A stretch of 64,000 nt of DNA from Pseudomonadota bacterium. Its GTDB lineage: Bacteria; Pseudomonadota; Alphaproteobacteria; Sphingomonadales; Sphingomonadaceae. The first letter of the stretch is position 1. Every line of letters starts with the position of its first letter. A program made the position numbers and the translations under genes. The notes under the pieces were generated by a model. That model ran no database searches. It saw only the letters and a list, made by a program, of their open reading frames with translations, and had not been told where the DNA came from. Positions 54,072 through 63,946 of this stretch are shown here, one piece after another. The stretch spans positions 19,493-83,492 of the forward strand of contig JAEZIO010000025.1 of NCBI GenBank assembly GCA_023436615.1, in the 5' to 3' direction.

Positions 54072-56747
54072 CTATTGAGAAGAGGCGATGCGCGGTTGCG
54101 GGTCGACGTGGATCGAGCCCAGCCGAGCGACCGAATGCTCCGCGTCGATGGTCACGCTCGCGTCGAGCTGAGGCCTGAGGTGCGCGGCCTCGGCGGACGC
54201 CTTTGCGATCCTGATCGTATAGGCGCCGTAGGCGACACGCTCGAACAGGAAGTAGCCGTCATAATCGGTGCGCGCGGTAGCGGCGACCGCACCGCTGGAA
54301 TCCACGAGCTCCAGGTCCATGCCTTCAAAGCCGACACCGCCGCTCTTGACGAGCGCGCCTTCGACGTCGCCGGCCCCGACGAGGCCGATTTCCACCTCGG
54401 CCGGCACACCGGGCCGCGGTACGACCACCTGCAACGCCTTCTTTGGAGCAAGCATGGGATCGCCGAGGCTGCTTCGGTCGATTCCCACCGTGATCGGCAT
54501 GTAGGTGGCTAGCCCCGCGACCAGCACCGTGCCTTTCGAATCGGTCGGTCGTTCCGCTACGGTCCGTCCGGCGGTGACCACCGCACCTTGTTCAAACGGC
54601 TCGCCTGGGTCGGCGACTCCATTATCGTTCAGGTCTCGATACACGCGCGCACGTATGGAGCCCGCGCCGGCGAGCCGTTCTCTAGAAAGGCTCAGGCCGT
54701 GGCTCGGATCAAGCGAGAAATTGAGGTTCAGGCCGACGGCAAGGGAGCCGTCGGTCGCCGCTTCGCCGGTCAGGGCAAGCGCGAGCGCGTTGAAGCGGCG
54801 GACATGGCTGATCCGCGCGCGGCCGCGGTGCTGCGGCGCGTCATAGGCAACCGTGCCCTCCCAGTCGGCATTGTCCGACGCGGACCAATAACCAGTCAGC
54901 TCTGCCGAGCGGAATCGGCTGTCCGGGCTGATCTCGAAGGCGGTCGATCCGCGAATGCGCACAGGCCCGACGCGGCCGGTGCCGATCAGGTCGGCGACGA
55001 CCGTCGGCGGAGGCGCGGGACCCTGGGCGAGATATTGGCGCGTGTATTTGACCCCCGCGGCAAGGTTGAAGCGATCGACGCGTGCCGAAAGCCTCGCCGC
55101 TGCCTCGAGTTCACCGATTCCGTCGGCACGGCGCGAGTATCGAACATCCCCGTGGGCGGGAATCAGCGCCCGGCCGAGCCGGATCGGCGCGTCGACGGCT
55201 GCTCGGACCTCGTGGACACTGATCGCCGGACCGCCCCGAAGGTGGAAATCGTTCGCCGCGACGGCTTCGGCACTCACGTTCACCGAACCGAGCTTCGCGA
55301 GCATCTGCGCCCGCGCAGCACTCCCGCCACTGCTCTCCTTCGAGACGCCGACCTCGACGAGGGCAGCGCCGAGGGAGCGGCGAACGGAGCCTTCGACATA
55401 GGTCACGCGTGCATCCTCGAGAAGCATGCTGCGCGCCAGCACGCCGACGGAGGTTCGCTCGTCGATGCCATGAGACAGCGACGCGGCCGCCTGGAGGCGG
55501 GGTTCGAACGGGTTGGTCTGCTGGTCCTTGAGCGCGACCAGGTCGCGTCCGGGCTGATTGACGCCCGCCCAGTACCAGGTTTTCCCGGGCGGAACGTTGT
55601 CGTCCCCGACGTTGATCACCTCGGTGCGGGTGCGGACCTGACCCTGCGGGCCGTAAAGGACGATGCTGATTTCGTTCTCGCCGTAGAGCAGCTGGACATC
55701 GTCGAACGCATAACGCTCGCGCTCGTCCGACCGTGCGAAGGCCAGCAGCTGGCCATTGCGATACAGTTCGGCGTCCCAGCCGGTGGGAAGATCCCCCTCG
55801 AAGCGTGTGCGGTCGAAGCTGGTGGGCGTCACGACCGGCTGATTGGTGATGACGGCACCCCGGCCACTCGTCGCGCTGCCGCTCAGCCGAGTGCTGAGAC
55901 CGCCGACGTCGCCGACGCCGAAGTGCGTCGCCTTCAGCGGCCCGAGTAGCTGCCCTTCGGGATCTGAACGATAGGCCCGGAGCCGAACCGAGAAAGGCGT
56001 GCCTTTCTGGTCGGTCGCGAGCTGTGCGTCGTAAGACAGGCGCGCGACCTCGCCGGCCGCATAGACCGAGCTTCGGCGGTCCACCTTCATCCCGCCCTTG
56101 GCGCGATAAGTGACACCGGCGCTAACGACGAAGTCGAGCGCGGGCGCGCGCCACATGCGATACGGCAGGCGGACCTGCGGCAGAGTGGCGATGTCGAACT
56201 TCGCCTTCGTAAGGCTGGCCGCGCGCTTCTGCCGCTCGATCGCGAGCTCGACCGGAAGCTTGGCTTCCGACTCGAGCACCAGAACGGATCCCGAGGTGAC
56301 CGGCTTCACGCCGAGACCGAACCAGCGGGTCAAGGCGGCGCTGTCGACGCACCAGCCTTGCGGAGTCTCCCTGATCGCCGTCTTCGCCAGCGCTTCGCTC
56401 TTGGACCCGTAGCTGACGGTGCCTGCGCCGGCGTCGATCGTGATGCGGTGGTCCTCCTTGAACGCCCAGCCGCTGGCCCGCCGCGCGTCGAGGTCGATCT
56501 TCATCGGCACGTCGAGCGTGTTCAGGAAATCGCCGAAAATGACGCAGGTGCCTTCGGGCGTGTTGTAGGCGCGGACGCCGTCGCCGAGCCGGTACTGGTG
56601 CAGCTTGACGTCAAGAAGGAATTGTTCGTCGGGATCGGCCGCCCAGCCGTCGGTCACCGGAGTAGCAGCGGTGTGGCCAACCGCGCCGAGGCAGGCGACG
56701 GCAAGCAGAGCGCCGCCCTTGCCTAGCCATTTGCCGGCCGCGAACAT
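54072..56747 (-). CDS. outer-membrane usher-like protein
   Basis: Signal peptide; ELYRNGQLL...DVQLLYGENEISIVLYGPQG plug-like motif; amphipathic beta strands; C-terminal Ig-like domains. Confidence 0.7.
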   Translation of the reverse strand: MFAAGKWLGKGGALLAVACLGAVGHTAATPVTDGWAADPDEQFLLDVKLHQYRLGDGVRAYNTPEGTCVIFGDFLNTLDVPMKIDLDARRASGWAFKEDHRITIDAGAGTVSYGSKSEALAKTAIRETPQGWCVDSAALTRWFGLGVKPVTSGSVLVLESEAKLPVELAIERQKRAASLTKAKFDIATLPQVRLPYRMWRAPALDFVVSAGVTYRAKGGMKVDRRSSVYAAGEVARLSYDAQLATDQKGTPFSVRLRAYRSDPEGQLLGPLKATHFGVGDVGGLSTRLSGSATSGRGAVITNQPVVTPTSFDRTRFEGDLPTGWDAELYRNGQLLAFARSDERERYAFDDVQLLYGENEISIVLYGPQGQVRTRTEVINVGDDNVPPGKTWYWAGVNQPGRDLVALKDQQTNPFEPRLQAAASLSHGIDERTSVGVLARSMLLEDARVTYVEGSVRRSLGAALVEVGVSKESSGGSAARAQMLAKLGSVNVSAEAVAANDFHLRGGPAISVHEVRAAVDAPIRLGRALIPAHGDVRYSRRADGIGELEAAARLSARVDRFNLAAGVKYTRQYLAQGPAPPPTVVADLIGTGRVGPVRIRGSTAFEISPDSRFRSAELTGYWSASDNADWEGTVAYDAPQHRGRARISHVRRFNALALALTGEAATDGSLAVGLNLNFSLDPSHGLSLSRERLAGAGSIRARVYRDLNDNGVADPGEPFEQGAVVTAGRTVAERPTDSKGTVLVAGLATYMPITVGIDRSSLGDPMLAPKKALQVVVPRPGVPAEVEIGLVGAGDVEGALVKSGGVGFEGMDLELVDSSGAVAATARTDYDGYFLFERVAYGAYTIRIAKASAEAAHLRPQLDASVTIDAEHSVARLGSIHVDPQPRIASSQ

Positions 56748-56777
56748 GACTTTCAGCCGCGCCTGTGGCCCTCGCCC

Positions 56778-57605
56778 CTAGCGCAGCACCGCCCGCGTTT
56801 CGGCCAGCGTCTTGGTTCCGTCCTCGTAGGTTTCGACATACTGGACCGTGACCGGGCCCGACAGCTGGCCAGCGAACCCGTCCTCGACGGGAATCGCGAC
56901 TTCGCGCCGGTTCAGCTCGGTGTAAACGGCGACGGCGCGCTGGAGCGCGATCGGTTCCTTCACGCCGTCCTTGAGGACCCGCACCTCGCCGAACGTCGAG
57001 CGGCTGCCGCTCCGGTCGAGCTCGAGCACGATTGCGCGCTTGCCGTCCCGCTGGTCGACGCGGACATTGGAAATAGCTGCCTTCACGTCCAGGTTTCCGA
57101 GGCGGACGATCACCGGGATGGTCACCCCGTAGACCGGGATGAGGCGGAAGCTGAGGCCCTTGGCAGGCGCGCTTGCCGGCTGCACGGCCGGCGTCGCCGG
57201 CGGAACCGCGCGGAACAGCATGTGGACCCGGTATTCGCCGTCCGCCAGGCCTTGCGGCGGGCGGGCGGCAATGCGGATCGACTGCGGCTCGTGCGGCGCC
57301 AGGGTTACCCGCCGCGGGGCGAAGATGATCATGTCGCGCGCCGCGTTCTCGGCACCGCTCGGCTGCTCGACCTCCTCGAGCGTGCCGTCCGCCTTCATTC
57401 GCCGGAATTCCGCGGAAATACGATAGGTCGCCGGCTCGTCGCCGATATTGTTGAGGATCACCTCGGAGCTTCGGCCGCCGTTAATGACGAGACGCGTCGG
57501 CGCGACCAGAAGATCGCCGACGCCGGCATTGGCGATCTGGGTCGGGATGACGAGCGGCGCGGTGAACAATGCCGCCGCGGCAACGGCCCGGAAAAACTGC
57601 TTCAT
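56778..57605 (-). CDS. PapD-like periplasmic pilus chaperone
   Basis: Signal peptide; LVAPTRLVI, ILNN, FAPRRVTL...QSIRI, GEYR, IPVIVR. Confidence 0.8.
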   Translation of the reverse strand: MKQFFRAVAAAALFTAPLVIPTQIANAGVGDLLVAPTRLVINGGRSSEVILNNIGDEPATYRISAEFRRMKADGTLEEVEQPSGAENAARDMIIFAPRRVTLAPHEPQSIRIAARPPQGLADGEYRVHMLFRAVPPATPAVQPASAPAKGLSFRLIPVYGVTIPVIVRLGNLDVKAAISNVRVDQRDGKRAIVLELDRSGSRSTFGEVRVLKDGVKEPIALQRAVAVYTELNRREVAIPVEDGFAGQLSGPVTVQYVETYEDGTKTLAETRAVLR

Positions 57606-57698
57606 CTTGGCGATCCCCACTTATCTCCATTTTGGAGTGATCGCCGAGTACCTCCGGAATGGTTGATTTTCGGTTCACCATGGCCGTTGAACGGCATG

Positions 57699-57729
57699 AA
57701 AAAAGGGGCCGCCGTTACCGGCGACCCCC
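57699..57729 (-). terminator. intrinsic terminator after the major pilin-like gene
   Basis: Minus strand GGGGTCGCCG-gtaa-CGGCGGCCCC-TTTTTT. Confidence 0.85.
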
Positions 57730-57764
57730 TCGATCGGCGCCGAAGCGCCGGTCAGTCGATCAAC

Positions 57765-58280
57765 TCAATATTCGGCAGTGACGTCGAACTGCGCCGTGTA
57801 GACGCCATCGACGGTGCTCGAATCGATCGTCAGCGTGCCGCCGATACCGAAGTCGACACCGCTGTTGCCCGATGCGCCGAGCGCAACCGAAGCCGGTGCA
57901 TCGACAGCCATGTCGAGCGATCCGCCGTTCGAGCCGTTGAGCGTCACGGTCGCCGGAACGGTCAGCGTGACCGTCTGGTTGTTGGTGCCGATCACGGTGA
58001 AGTTGGCAGCCGTCGTCGGATCCGAGCACACCAGGTTCGTGCCGCCGCCGCAGGTCGCGACAGCGCCGCTCTGGTCGACGTGAACGTCCTCGCCCGTGAA
58101 GCTGGTGCCGGCAATAACGATCGTGCCGAAATCGAGGTCGGTATTCTTGGTCAACGTCAACGGACGAAAGATTTTCGCCTGCGCGTTGGCCTGCTTGGTC
58201 ACAGGCGCCGCGGCCATCGCCGGAGTGCTTGCGAGAGCCAGCGCGGAAACCGCTCCGGCGAAGATCAGAACCTTTTTCAT
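57765..58280 (-). CDS. DUF4402-like secreted protein (putative major pilin)
   Basis: Signal peptide; PLTLTK..DLDFG, Cys pair, IGGTLTI, C-terminal GVYTAQFDVTAEY. Confidence 0.8.
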   Translation of the reverse strand: MKKVLIFAGAVSALALASTPAMAAAPVTKQANAQAKIFRPLTLTKNTDLDFGTIVIAGTSFTGEDVHVDQSGAVATCGGGTNLVCSDPTTAANFTVIGTNNQTVTLTVPATVTLNGSNGGSLDMAVDAPASVALGASGNSGVDFGIGGTLTIDSSTVDGVYTAQFDVTAEY

Positions 58281-58388
58281 TTCCCAATTCCCCACTGGTT
58301 CAAAACAACAGCGGCTGCCCGACCGCTGGTCCGGTCACCCGTGAGCATCCCATTAACCGCAGCCGCTTACCCCTTCCCTCAAGGGCAT

Positions 58389-58405
58389 GGTTATCGGTCG
58401 ATTAA
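58389..58405 (-). promoter_or_regulatory. CtrA-like box
   Basis: Minus strand TTAA-TCGACCG-ATAACC. Confidence 0.65.
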
Positions 58406-58433
58406 GGATTCCTCCGCTGCGGAGGCGATTGGT

Positions 58434-58955
58434 TCAGAGGTAGTCGACGGTGATCGGGACGTCGCCGCGATATTCGCCTTCCGCGTCGCCGCGGATCTGA
58501 AGCCGACCTCCGAATCGGAACGTCAGGTTGCCGGCCGAATCGAGTTTCGGCGCCCCCGGAAGGTCAGTTTCGACCTGGTCGACGGCGATGGTCGCGCCGC
58601 CGACCGTGTAGAGATCGATTCGAGGCGGCAGCTCGATTCGAAGCGCCCTGCCGGGCTCGCCATGAACGGACACCTCTCCGACCATCGCTCTTGCGCTCAC
58701 CGTGGCGATGCTGCCGGCTGCGTTGCGCTCCCCATTCGGTAGGAGCGTCGCCGCCCCCTGACCGCCGCCCAGCAGCACCAGCCGATCGAAGTCGAGGCTT
58801 GCCTGCACCTGAAGCCGGATGGGGCTGGCTCGCTCCTGCTGCTGCTCGGTCGTCGGCGTCGAGCACAGGCGGCATTGCGCCGGCGCGCGGCCGGGCGCGC
58901 CAGCCACGAACGTGGCGGCGAGAATACTGATCGCAAAGGCGCGGCGATACGCCAT
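58434..58955 (-). CDS. DUF4402-like secreted protein (putative minor pilin)
   Basis: Signal peptide, CRLC, SLDFDRL, FRFGGRLQI, C-terminal GEYRGDVPITVDYL. Confidence 0.78.
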   Translation of the reverse strand: MAYRRAFAISILAATFVAGAPGRAPAQCRLCSTPTTEQQQERASPIRLQVQASLDFDRLVLLGGGQGAATLLPNGERNAAGSIATVSARAMVGEVSVHGEPGRALRIELPPRIDLYTVGGATIAVDQVETDLPGAPKLDSAGNLTFRFGGRLQIRGDAEGEYRGDVPITVDYL

Positions 58956-58979
58956 GCGACGCGCCCTATTGGGGATAGT

Positions 58980-58994
58980 CTAAAACAGGGTTAA
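58980..58994 (-). promoter_or_regulatory. CtrA-like box
   Basis: Minus strand TTAA-CCCTGTT-TTAG. Confidence 0.65.
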
Positions 58995-59029
58995 TGCCTG
59001 CGTAACCTGCGCTTCGCGATGGGAACGTT

Positions 59030-59440
59030 ATGGCGAACAAGATCGAGCGAAGCGACGAGGAATGGCGGGCACGGCTTACGCCCGAACAGTATCGGATCCT
59101 GCGGGAGGCGGGCACCGAGGCGCCGTTCAGCGGCGAGCTTCTGCATGTGAACGATGATGGGGAGTTTCGCTGCGCGGGCTGCGGTGAGCCGTTGTTCGAC
59201 TCCGGGTCCAAGTTCGACAGCCACTGCGGCTGGCCGAGCTTCACGGCGCCGATGAACGAAGCCGCGGTCGAAGAACGGCTCGACGCGTCGCACGGCATGG
59301 TGCGCACCGAAATCCGCTGCGCCCGCTGCGAAGGCCATCTCGGCCACGTTTTCCCCGATGGACCGGGACCGACGGGGCTGCGCTATTGCATCAACTCGGC
59401 CGCACTCGAATTCGACAAGGAGGCGGGCGGAAGCGAATGA
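59030..59440 (+). CDS. msrB: peptide-methionine (R)-S-oxide reductase
   Basis: GTEAPF, CAGC, GWPSF, HLGHVFPDGP, RYCINS. Confidence 0.97.
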   Translation: MANKIERSDEEWRARLTPEQYRILREAGTEAPFSGELLHVNDDGEFRCAGCGEPLFDSGSKFDSHCGWPSFTAPMNEAAVEERLDASHGMVRTEIRCARCEGHLGHVFPDGPGPTGLRYCINSAALEFDKEAGGSE

Positions 59441-59484
59441 GGCGCTTGCCGGACCCGCAGCCGCTTTCTATCCGCTGATCGCAG

Positions 59485-61650
59485 ATGGCGAGCACACAGT
59501 CCGGCAAGTCGGGGCGTCCTTTCCTGACTGCGTTCAAGATCCTGCTCTATTCGGCGCTGCTGGGCCTTGTCGCCCTCGTCGTCGCCGTCGGCGTCGCGGT
59601 CGCGTCGCTGCCGGGGTACGGCCAGCTGTCGAAGCGGTCCGACCTCGGGCAGATGATCAGGGTCCATGCGGCCAATGGCGCGGTGCTGGTATCCCTCGGC
59701 CCGAGCTTCGGCGAATGGCTCAATTACGACCAGATTCCGCCGGCGATGCGCTCGGCGATGATCGCGATCGAGGACAAGAGGTTCCGCTCGCATCCCGGCG
59801 TCGACCCGATCGGGATCGCGAGGTCGATCGGGGTTCGGCTCACGAGCGGCCATTGGCGCCAGGGCGGGTCGACCATCACCCAGCAGCTGGCGCGCAACAT
59901 CTTCCTGACCAACAGCCGCACGTTCGGGCGCAAGATCAAGGAGGCGGTTCTGGCGCTCGCGCTCGAGCGCAAGTTCACCAAGGACCAGATCCTCGAGCTT
60001 TATCTGAATCGCGTCTATTTCGGAGGCGGGGCCTATGGGATCGATGCCGCCTCGCGCCGCTTCTTCGGTCACAGCGCCGACAATCTCAGCCTGGGTGAAG
60101 CGACGATCATCGCCGGCCTGGTCAAGGCGCCGTCGAACTATGCGCCTACCGCCGACGTCGAAGCGGCGCGCAACCGTTCCGAAGTCGTGCTCAAGAGCAT
60201 GGTCGACAATGGATTCATCACCGCGGACCAGGCGGCGAGCGTCGATCCGGCGAGGATCCGGATCCAGCCGACCGCCAAGGAAGACAGCGTCCGCTACTTT
60301 ACCGACTGGGCACTCCCCCAGCTGGACACCTTGATCGACGAGACCTCCGAGCCGATCGATGTGTGGACGACGCTCGACCCGACCATGCAACAGGCAGCGC
60401 AGCGGGCCATCGTCGGCAACACGCCGGGGAGCGCCCAGGGCGCGCTCGTGGCGTTGGACCGCGACGGGGCGGTCCGCGCGATGGTCGGCGGCAAGAGCTA
60501 TCCGAATTCGATCTACAACCGCGCTACCCAGGCCCAGAGGCAGCCCGGTTCCGCGTTCAAGCTCTTCGTCTATCTCGCCGCCCTCGAATCGGGGATGAAG
60601 CCGGGCGACATGATGGTTGACCAGCCGGTGAACATCGACGGCTGGCAGCCCCGCAACGACACTCGCACCTATTCCGGTCCGGTTTCCTTGCGCGAGGCTT
60701 TCTCCCGATCGATCAACACGATCAGCGCGCAGATCGGCGAACAGCTTGGATTCTCGACGATCGCAGACATGGCGCATCGCTTTGGAATCACGGGCTCCAT
60801 CTCGACCTATCCCTCGATGGTGCTTGGGACCAGCGAGGTTCGCCTTATCGAGATGGCTCAAGCCTTCGCGTCCGTCGCGAACCGCGGGGTGGCGGTCACG
60901 CCTTACGCGATCTCCAAGGTCGTGACCGTCGGCGGTCGCGAGCTCTATCGGCATGAGGGATCCGAACAGCGCGTGCTGGTGGCGCCGTGGGTCGCAGCGG
61001 AAATGACCGATCTGCTGCAGTCGGCGGTACTGACGGGTACCGGCCGCGCGGCTCAGATCGGCCGGCCGGTCGCGGGCAAGACCGGGACCACGAGCTCCAA
61101 CAAGGACGGGTGGTTCATCGGCTTTTCGAGCGGGCTGACCACGGGCGTGTGGATGGGCCGCGACGACGCGCGCCCCGTGCAGGGCTTGTATGGGGGCACG
61201 GCGCCGGCGCGCGCCTTCCAGCAATTCATGTCCGTCGCGGTCGCCAACCGGCCGGTGGAGCAGTTCGAGACGCAGGTGCCGGTGCCCGACTGGGACCTCG
61301 ACGCCGGCGAGGAATATCTGGGCGATGAATATATCAACCCGAACATGACGCCGATGGTCGACGAAAACGGCAATCCCCTCCCGCTTCCGGAGGGATATGA
61401 TCCCGGGATGGGATATCAGCAGCCCTTGCCCCCGCAGCCGCAGCAAGCGCCGTCGGGAGACCGCCAGCTCGACCAGCAATGGCTCGACAATGTGCTGGGC
61501 GGGCGTGACCGGCAGCCGGCGCGGCCGTCGCAACAGGTTCCACCCGGGACGGTTCCGACCACTCCGCAAAGGCAGCCGCCGCAGCCGCCGCCCCCGACGT
61601 CACCGCGAGATCCCAATTCTCCGCAGCCGGGGGCCGGCTCGCCGCAATAG
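59485..61650 (+). CDS. class A penicillin-binding protein (PBP1A family)
   Basis: EDKRFRSHPG, GGSTITQQL, SAFK, SIN, KTG; Pro/Gln-rich tail. Confidence 0.95.
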   Translation: MASTQSGKSGRPFLTAFKILLYSALLGLVALVVAVGVAVASLPGYGQLSKRSDLGQMIRVHAANGAVLVSLGPSFGEWLNYDQIPPAMRSAMIAIEDKRFRSHPGVDPIGIARSIGVRLTSGHWRQGGSTITQQLARNIFLTNSRTFGRKIKEAVLALALERKFTKDQILELYLNRVYFGGGAYGIDAASRRFFGHSADNLSLGEATIIAGLVKAPSNYAPTADVEAARNRSEVVLKSMVDNGFITADQAASVDPARIRIQPTAKEDSVRYFTDWALPQLDTLIDETSEPIDVWTTLDPTMQQAAQRAIVGNTPGSAQGALVALDRDGAVRAMVGGKSYPNSIYNRATQAQRQPGSAFKLFVYLAALESGMKPGDMMVDQPVNIDGWQPRNDTRTYSGPVSLREAFSRSINTISAQIGEQLGFSTIADMAHRFGITGSISTYPSMVLGTSEVRLIEMAQAFASVANRGVAVTPYAISKVVTVGGRELYRHEGSEQRVLVAPWVAAEMTDLLQSAVLTGTGRAAQIGRPVAGKTGTTSSNKDGWFIGFSSGLTTGVWMGRDDARPVQGLYGGTAPARAFQQFMSVAVANRPVEQFETQVPVPDWDLDAGEEYLGDEYINPNMTPMVDENGNPLPLPEGYDPGMGYQQPLPPQPQQAPSGDRQLDQQWLDNVLGGRDRQPARPSQQVPPGTVPTTPQRQPPQPPPPTSPRDPNSPQPGAGSPQ

Positions 61651-62307
61651 CGCTTGTGCGCCGGCCGTGTCGGTGCCGAGCAGCTCCCGCTCAAAGGCCT
61701 TGAAATCGGCACCGTGGTCGAGGTGCTTGAGGTGCGCCACCTCATGGGCGACGACGTATCGGCGCGCCTCCGTCGGCGCGAGGATCAACCGCCAGCTGTA
61801 GCGGATCCGGCCGTTGCTGCTGCAGCTCCCCCAGCGCGTCCGCGCGTCCCCGACAGACACTCCCGCCGCCTGAAGTCCGCCTTTGGCCGCAAATTCGGCA
61901 GTCTCCCGCGAGAGCGTCTCGAGCGCCACGCGCCGGAGGAATTGCTCTACGCGCTTGGCAAATGCGGACTCGGGCCCGCCGCAAACGATCTCCCCTTCGG
62001 CGAGCCTTGGCGCACGCGGAGCAGCGCGATCCCATCGCAGCGCCACCTCGCGGCCCTGGAGCGGGATGGTCGCACCCGGCACCAATGGCTCGGCGGGAAG
62101 GCTCCTGCGGAGTTGTTCTTCGATCCACGGCCTTTGTGCCGCGGCCCAGGCGAGCGCCGCGGACGCCCGCACTCCCCGCGGATGGGTGACCTTCAGTATC
62201 CGCTCGCGCTCGTCGAGGCGCAGCCGCATCCGCCGCGCGGTTCGAACGGCGCGCAGCAGGACCGGAAGCGGAAGGTCGGGGTGATTCTCGAGCCGCCTAG
62301 AGGCCAC
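61600..62307 (-). CDS. M48/SprT-like (YgjP) metallohydrolase
   Basis: [23 protein letters not shown]; start uncertain (GTG at 62307 chosen). Confidence 0.85.
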   Translation of the reverse strand: MASRRLENHPDLPLPVLLRAVRTARRMRLRLDERERILKVTHPRGVRASAALAWAAAQRPWIEEQLRRSLPAEPLVPGATIPLQGREVALRWDRAAPRAPRLAEGEIVCGGPESAFAKRVEQFLRRVALETLSRETAEFAAKGGLQAAGVSVGDARTRWGSCSSNGRIRYSWRLILAPTEARRYVVAHEVAHLKHLDHGADFKAFERELLGTDTAGAQALLRRAGPRLRRIGISR

Positions 62308-62728
62308 GCTCGACCACGTGGAACTCGAGCTCGCCGGCATCATCCTCGCTGACAGTCCACCCGCGGGTGGACTGTCCGGCCTCGTGAACGGTCTCCCGGC
62401 TGCCCGAGATCAGATAATGCCAGTCGGGAAGCGGCTCGCCCGCGGCGCGCAGGCGATAGGCGCAGGTCTCCGGCAGCCAGTCGAGCTTCGCGGCCTTGCC
62501 GCGGTCGAGGACGACGCAATCGCTGACCAGCTTGCGCCTGCCCGGATAGTCGGTGCAGCGGCCGTTGCGACGGTCCAGCAACCGGCAGGCGACGTTCGTT
62601 GGATACAGCTCGCCGGTCTCCTCGTCTTCGAGCTTGTGAAGGCAGCAGCGCCCGCACCCATCGCACAAAGCCTCCCATTCGCCGCGGTCCAGCTTCGACA
62701 AAGGCTTTTCCCAGAAGGGTTTGGACAT
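62297..62728 (-). CDS. YcgN family cysteine-cluster protein
   Basis: [30 protein letters not shown]. Confidence 0.92.
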   Translation of the reverse strand: MSKPFWEKPLSKLDRGEWEALCDGCGRCCLHKLEDEETGELYPTNVACRLLDRRNGRCTDYPGRRKLVSDCVVLDRGKAAKLDWLPETCAYRLRAAGEPLPDWHYLISGSRETVHEAGQSTRGWTVSEDDAGELEFHVVERGL

Positions 62729-62796
62729 GTTCATGACAAAGCCAGCCATGCTCTGCTAACCGGCGCCGATCAAGTTAGCTGTCCGGGGGACGTTGA

Positions 62797-63366
62797 ATGC
62801 ATGCGCTGAAGCGCCTTTTGATTGCCGTTGCGACTGTGGCGGTCGCAGTTCCGTCGACAGCGCAGGTTGGCGGCTATGACGGCGAGATGTTCGTCAAGGC
62901 GATCCGCGACGGCCGGGGCAATGAAGCTCTTCAGCTGCTTCAGGACAAGCCGTCCCTGGTCAACGCTCGGGATCTCAACGGGAAGACCGCGCTGATCGCC
63001 GCAATCGAGAACCGCGATCGCGACTGGGCAGGCCACCTGCTGCAGAAGGGTGCCGACGCGAATCTCGCCGACAAGAACGGCGACACGCCGCTGATCATCG
63101 CCGCACGCATGGGCTCCCAGGACGTGGCGGAGTGGCTCGTCGGCCTAGGCGCGAAGGTGAATGCAACGAACCGCGCCGGAGAAACGCCGCTGATCGCGGC
63201 CGTTCAGGCGCGCCAGGTTGCCATTGTCCGGATGCTCATGAATCACGGGGCGGATCCCGACCGCACCGATTCCGTCGCCGGCTATTCCGCCCGCGATTAT
63301 GCCAAGCGCGACAACCGCACGCCGGAACTTCTGCGCACCATCGAAGCAAAAAAGCCGAAGCCGTAA
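62797..63366 (+). CDS. secreted ankyrin-repeat protein
   Basis: Signal peptide; GKTALIAA, GDTPLIIAA, GETPLIAA repeats. Confidence 0.9.
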   Translation: MHALKRLLIAVATVAVAVPSTAQVGGYDGEMFVKAIRDGRGNEALQLLQDKPSLVNARDLNGKTALIAAIENRDRDWAGHLLQKGADANLADKNGDTPLIIAARMGSQDVAEWLVGLGAKVNATNRAGETPLIAAVQARQVAIVRMLMNHGADPDRTDSVAGYSARDYAKRDNRTPELLRTIEAKKPKP

Positions 63367-63368
63367 GG

Positions 63369-63863
63369 CTAGTTGCCCGCTCCAAGGGTCGGGTCGAGCT
63401 GCTCCGCCAGCCTCCGCGCGGCGCGCCGTGCAAAGCGGAGCAGCTCCGCTTTCCGCCTAGCCGGCGCCATCGGCCGATGGGCTGCCTCGCGGACCAGGGC
63501 GGCGTCGTAGCGGTCAGCCACGATCAGCCCGGCCTCGCTGGGCAGGAACCGCTCGCCGTCGCAGATTGACGCCAGCTCGGGCGGAACGGCCCAGAAAAAG
63601 CGGTCGCAATAGTCGAGATATTCGAACCACTTGGAATCGCCGAGGAGGTCGGACTTCGCCACCTTGATCTCGACGATGGTCAGCACGCCTCTGCCGTCCA
63701 CGGCCATGATATCGGCCCGGCGGCCGTTCGGCAGCGGAACTTCACAAAAGCCGAACAGGTCCTGGCGGCAAAATAGCCGCGTCACGCCCCTCGCGACGTC
63801 CGCGGCCATGGGAGCGGCATTCGTGAAGCAGGGCTGCAGAAGCGATTCGGGGGCGGTGCTCAC
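63369..63863 (-). CDS. mmcB: MmcB family DNA repair endonuclease
   Basis: EVPLPNGRRAD, IVEIK, D.KW..Y..YCDRFFWA; LexA box upstream. Confidence 0.9.
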   Translation of the reverse strand: MSTAPESLLQPCFTNAAPMAADVARGVTRLFCRQDLFGFCEVPLPNGRRADIMAVDGRGVLTIVEIKVAKSDLLGDSKWFEYLDYCDRFFWAVPPELASICDGERFLPSEAGLIVADRYDAALVREAAHRPMAPARRKAELLRFARRAARRLAEQLDPTLGAGN

Positions 63864-63875
63864 CCCCGAACGCTA

Positions 63876-63890
63876 GAACGATAGGAGAAC
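63876..63890 (-). promoter_or_regulatory. alphaproteobacterial LexA (SOS) box
   Basis: GAAC-GATAGGA-GAAC (GTTC-N7-GTTC on the minus strand). Confidence 0.9.
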
Positions 63891-63946
63891 GCGGGCAATG
63901 CGGGGCATTGCCTGGTACGAGGATCGGAAATCAGGAAGCGCGCGAA

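Noticed and set aside
53853..58994. Genomic island integrated at tRNA-Leu carrying the pilus-like cluster
   Set aside because: No integrase, no duplicated tRNA 3' end seen, composition similar to the flanks, and host-type CtrA sites argue for a resident locus.
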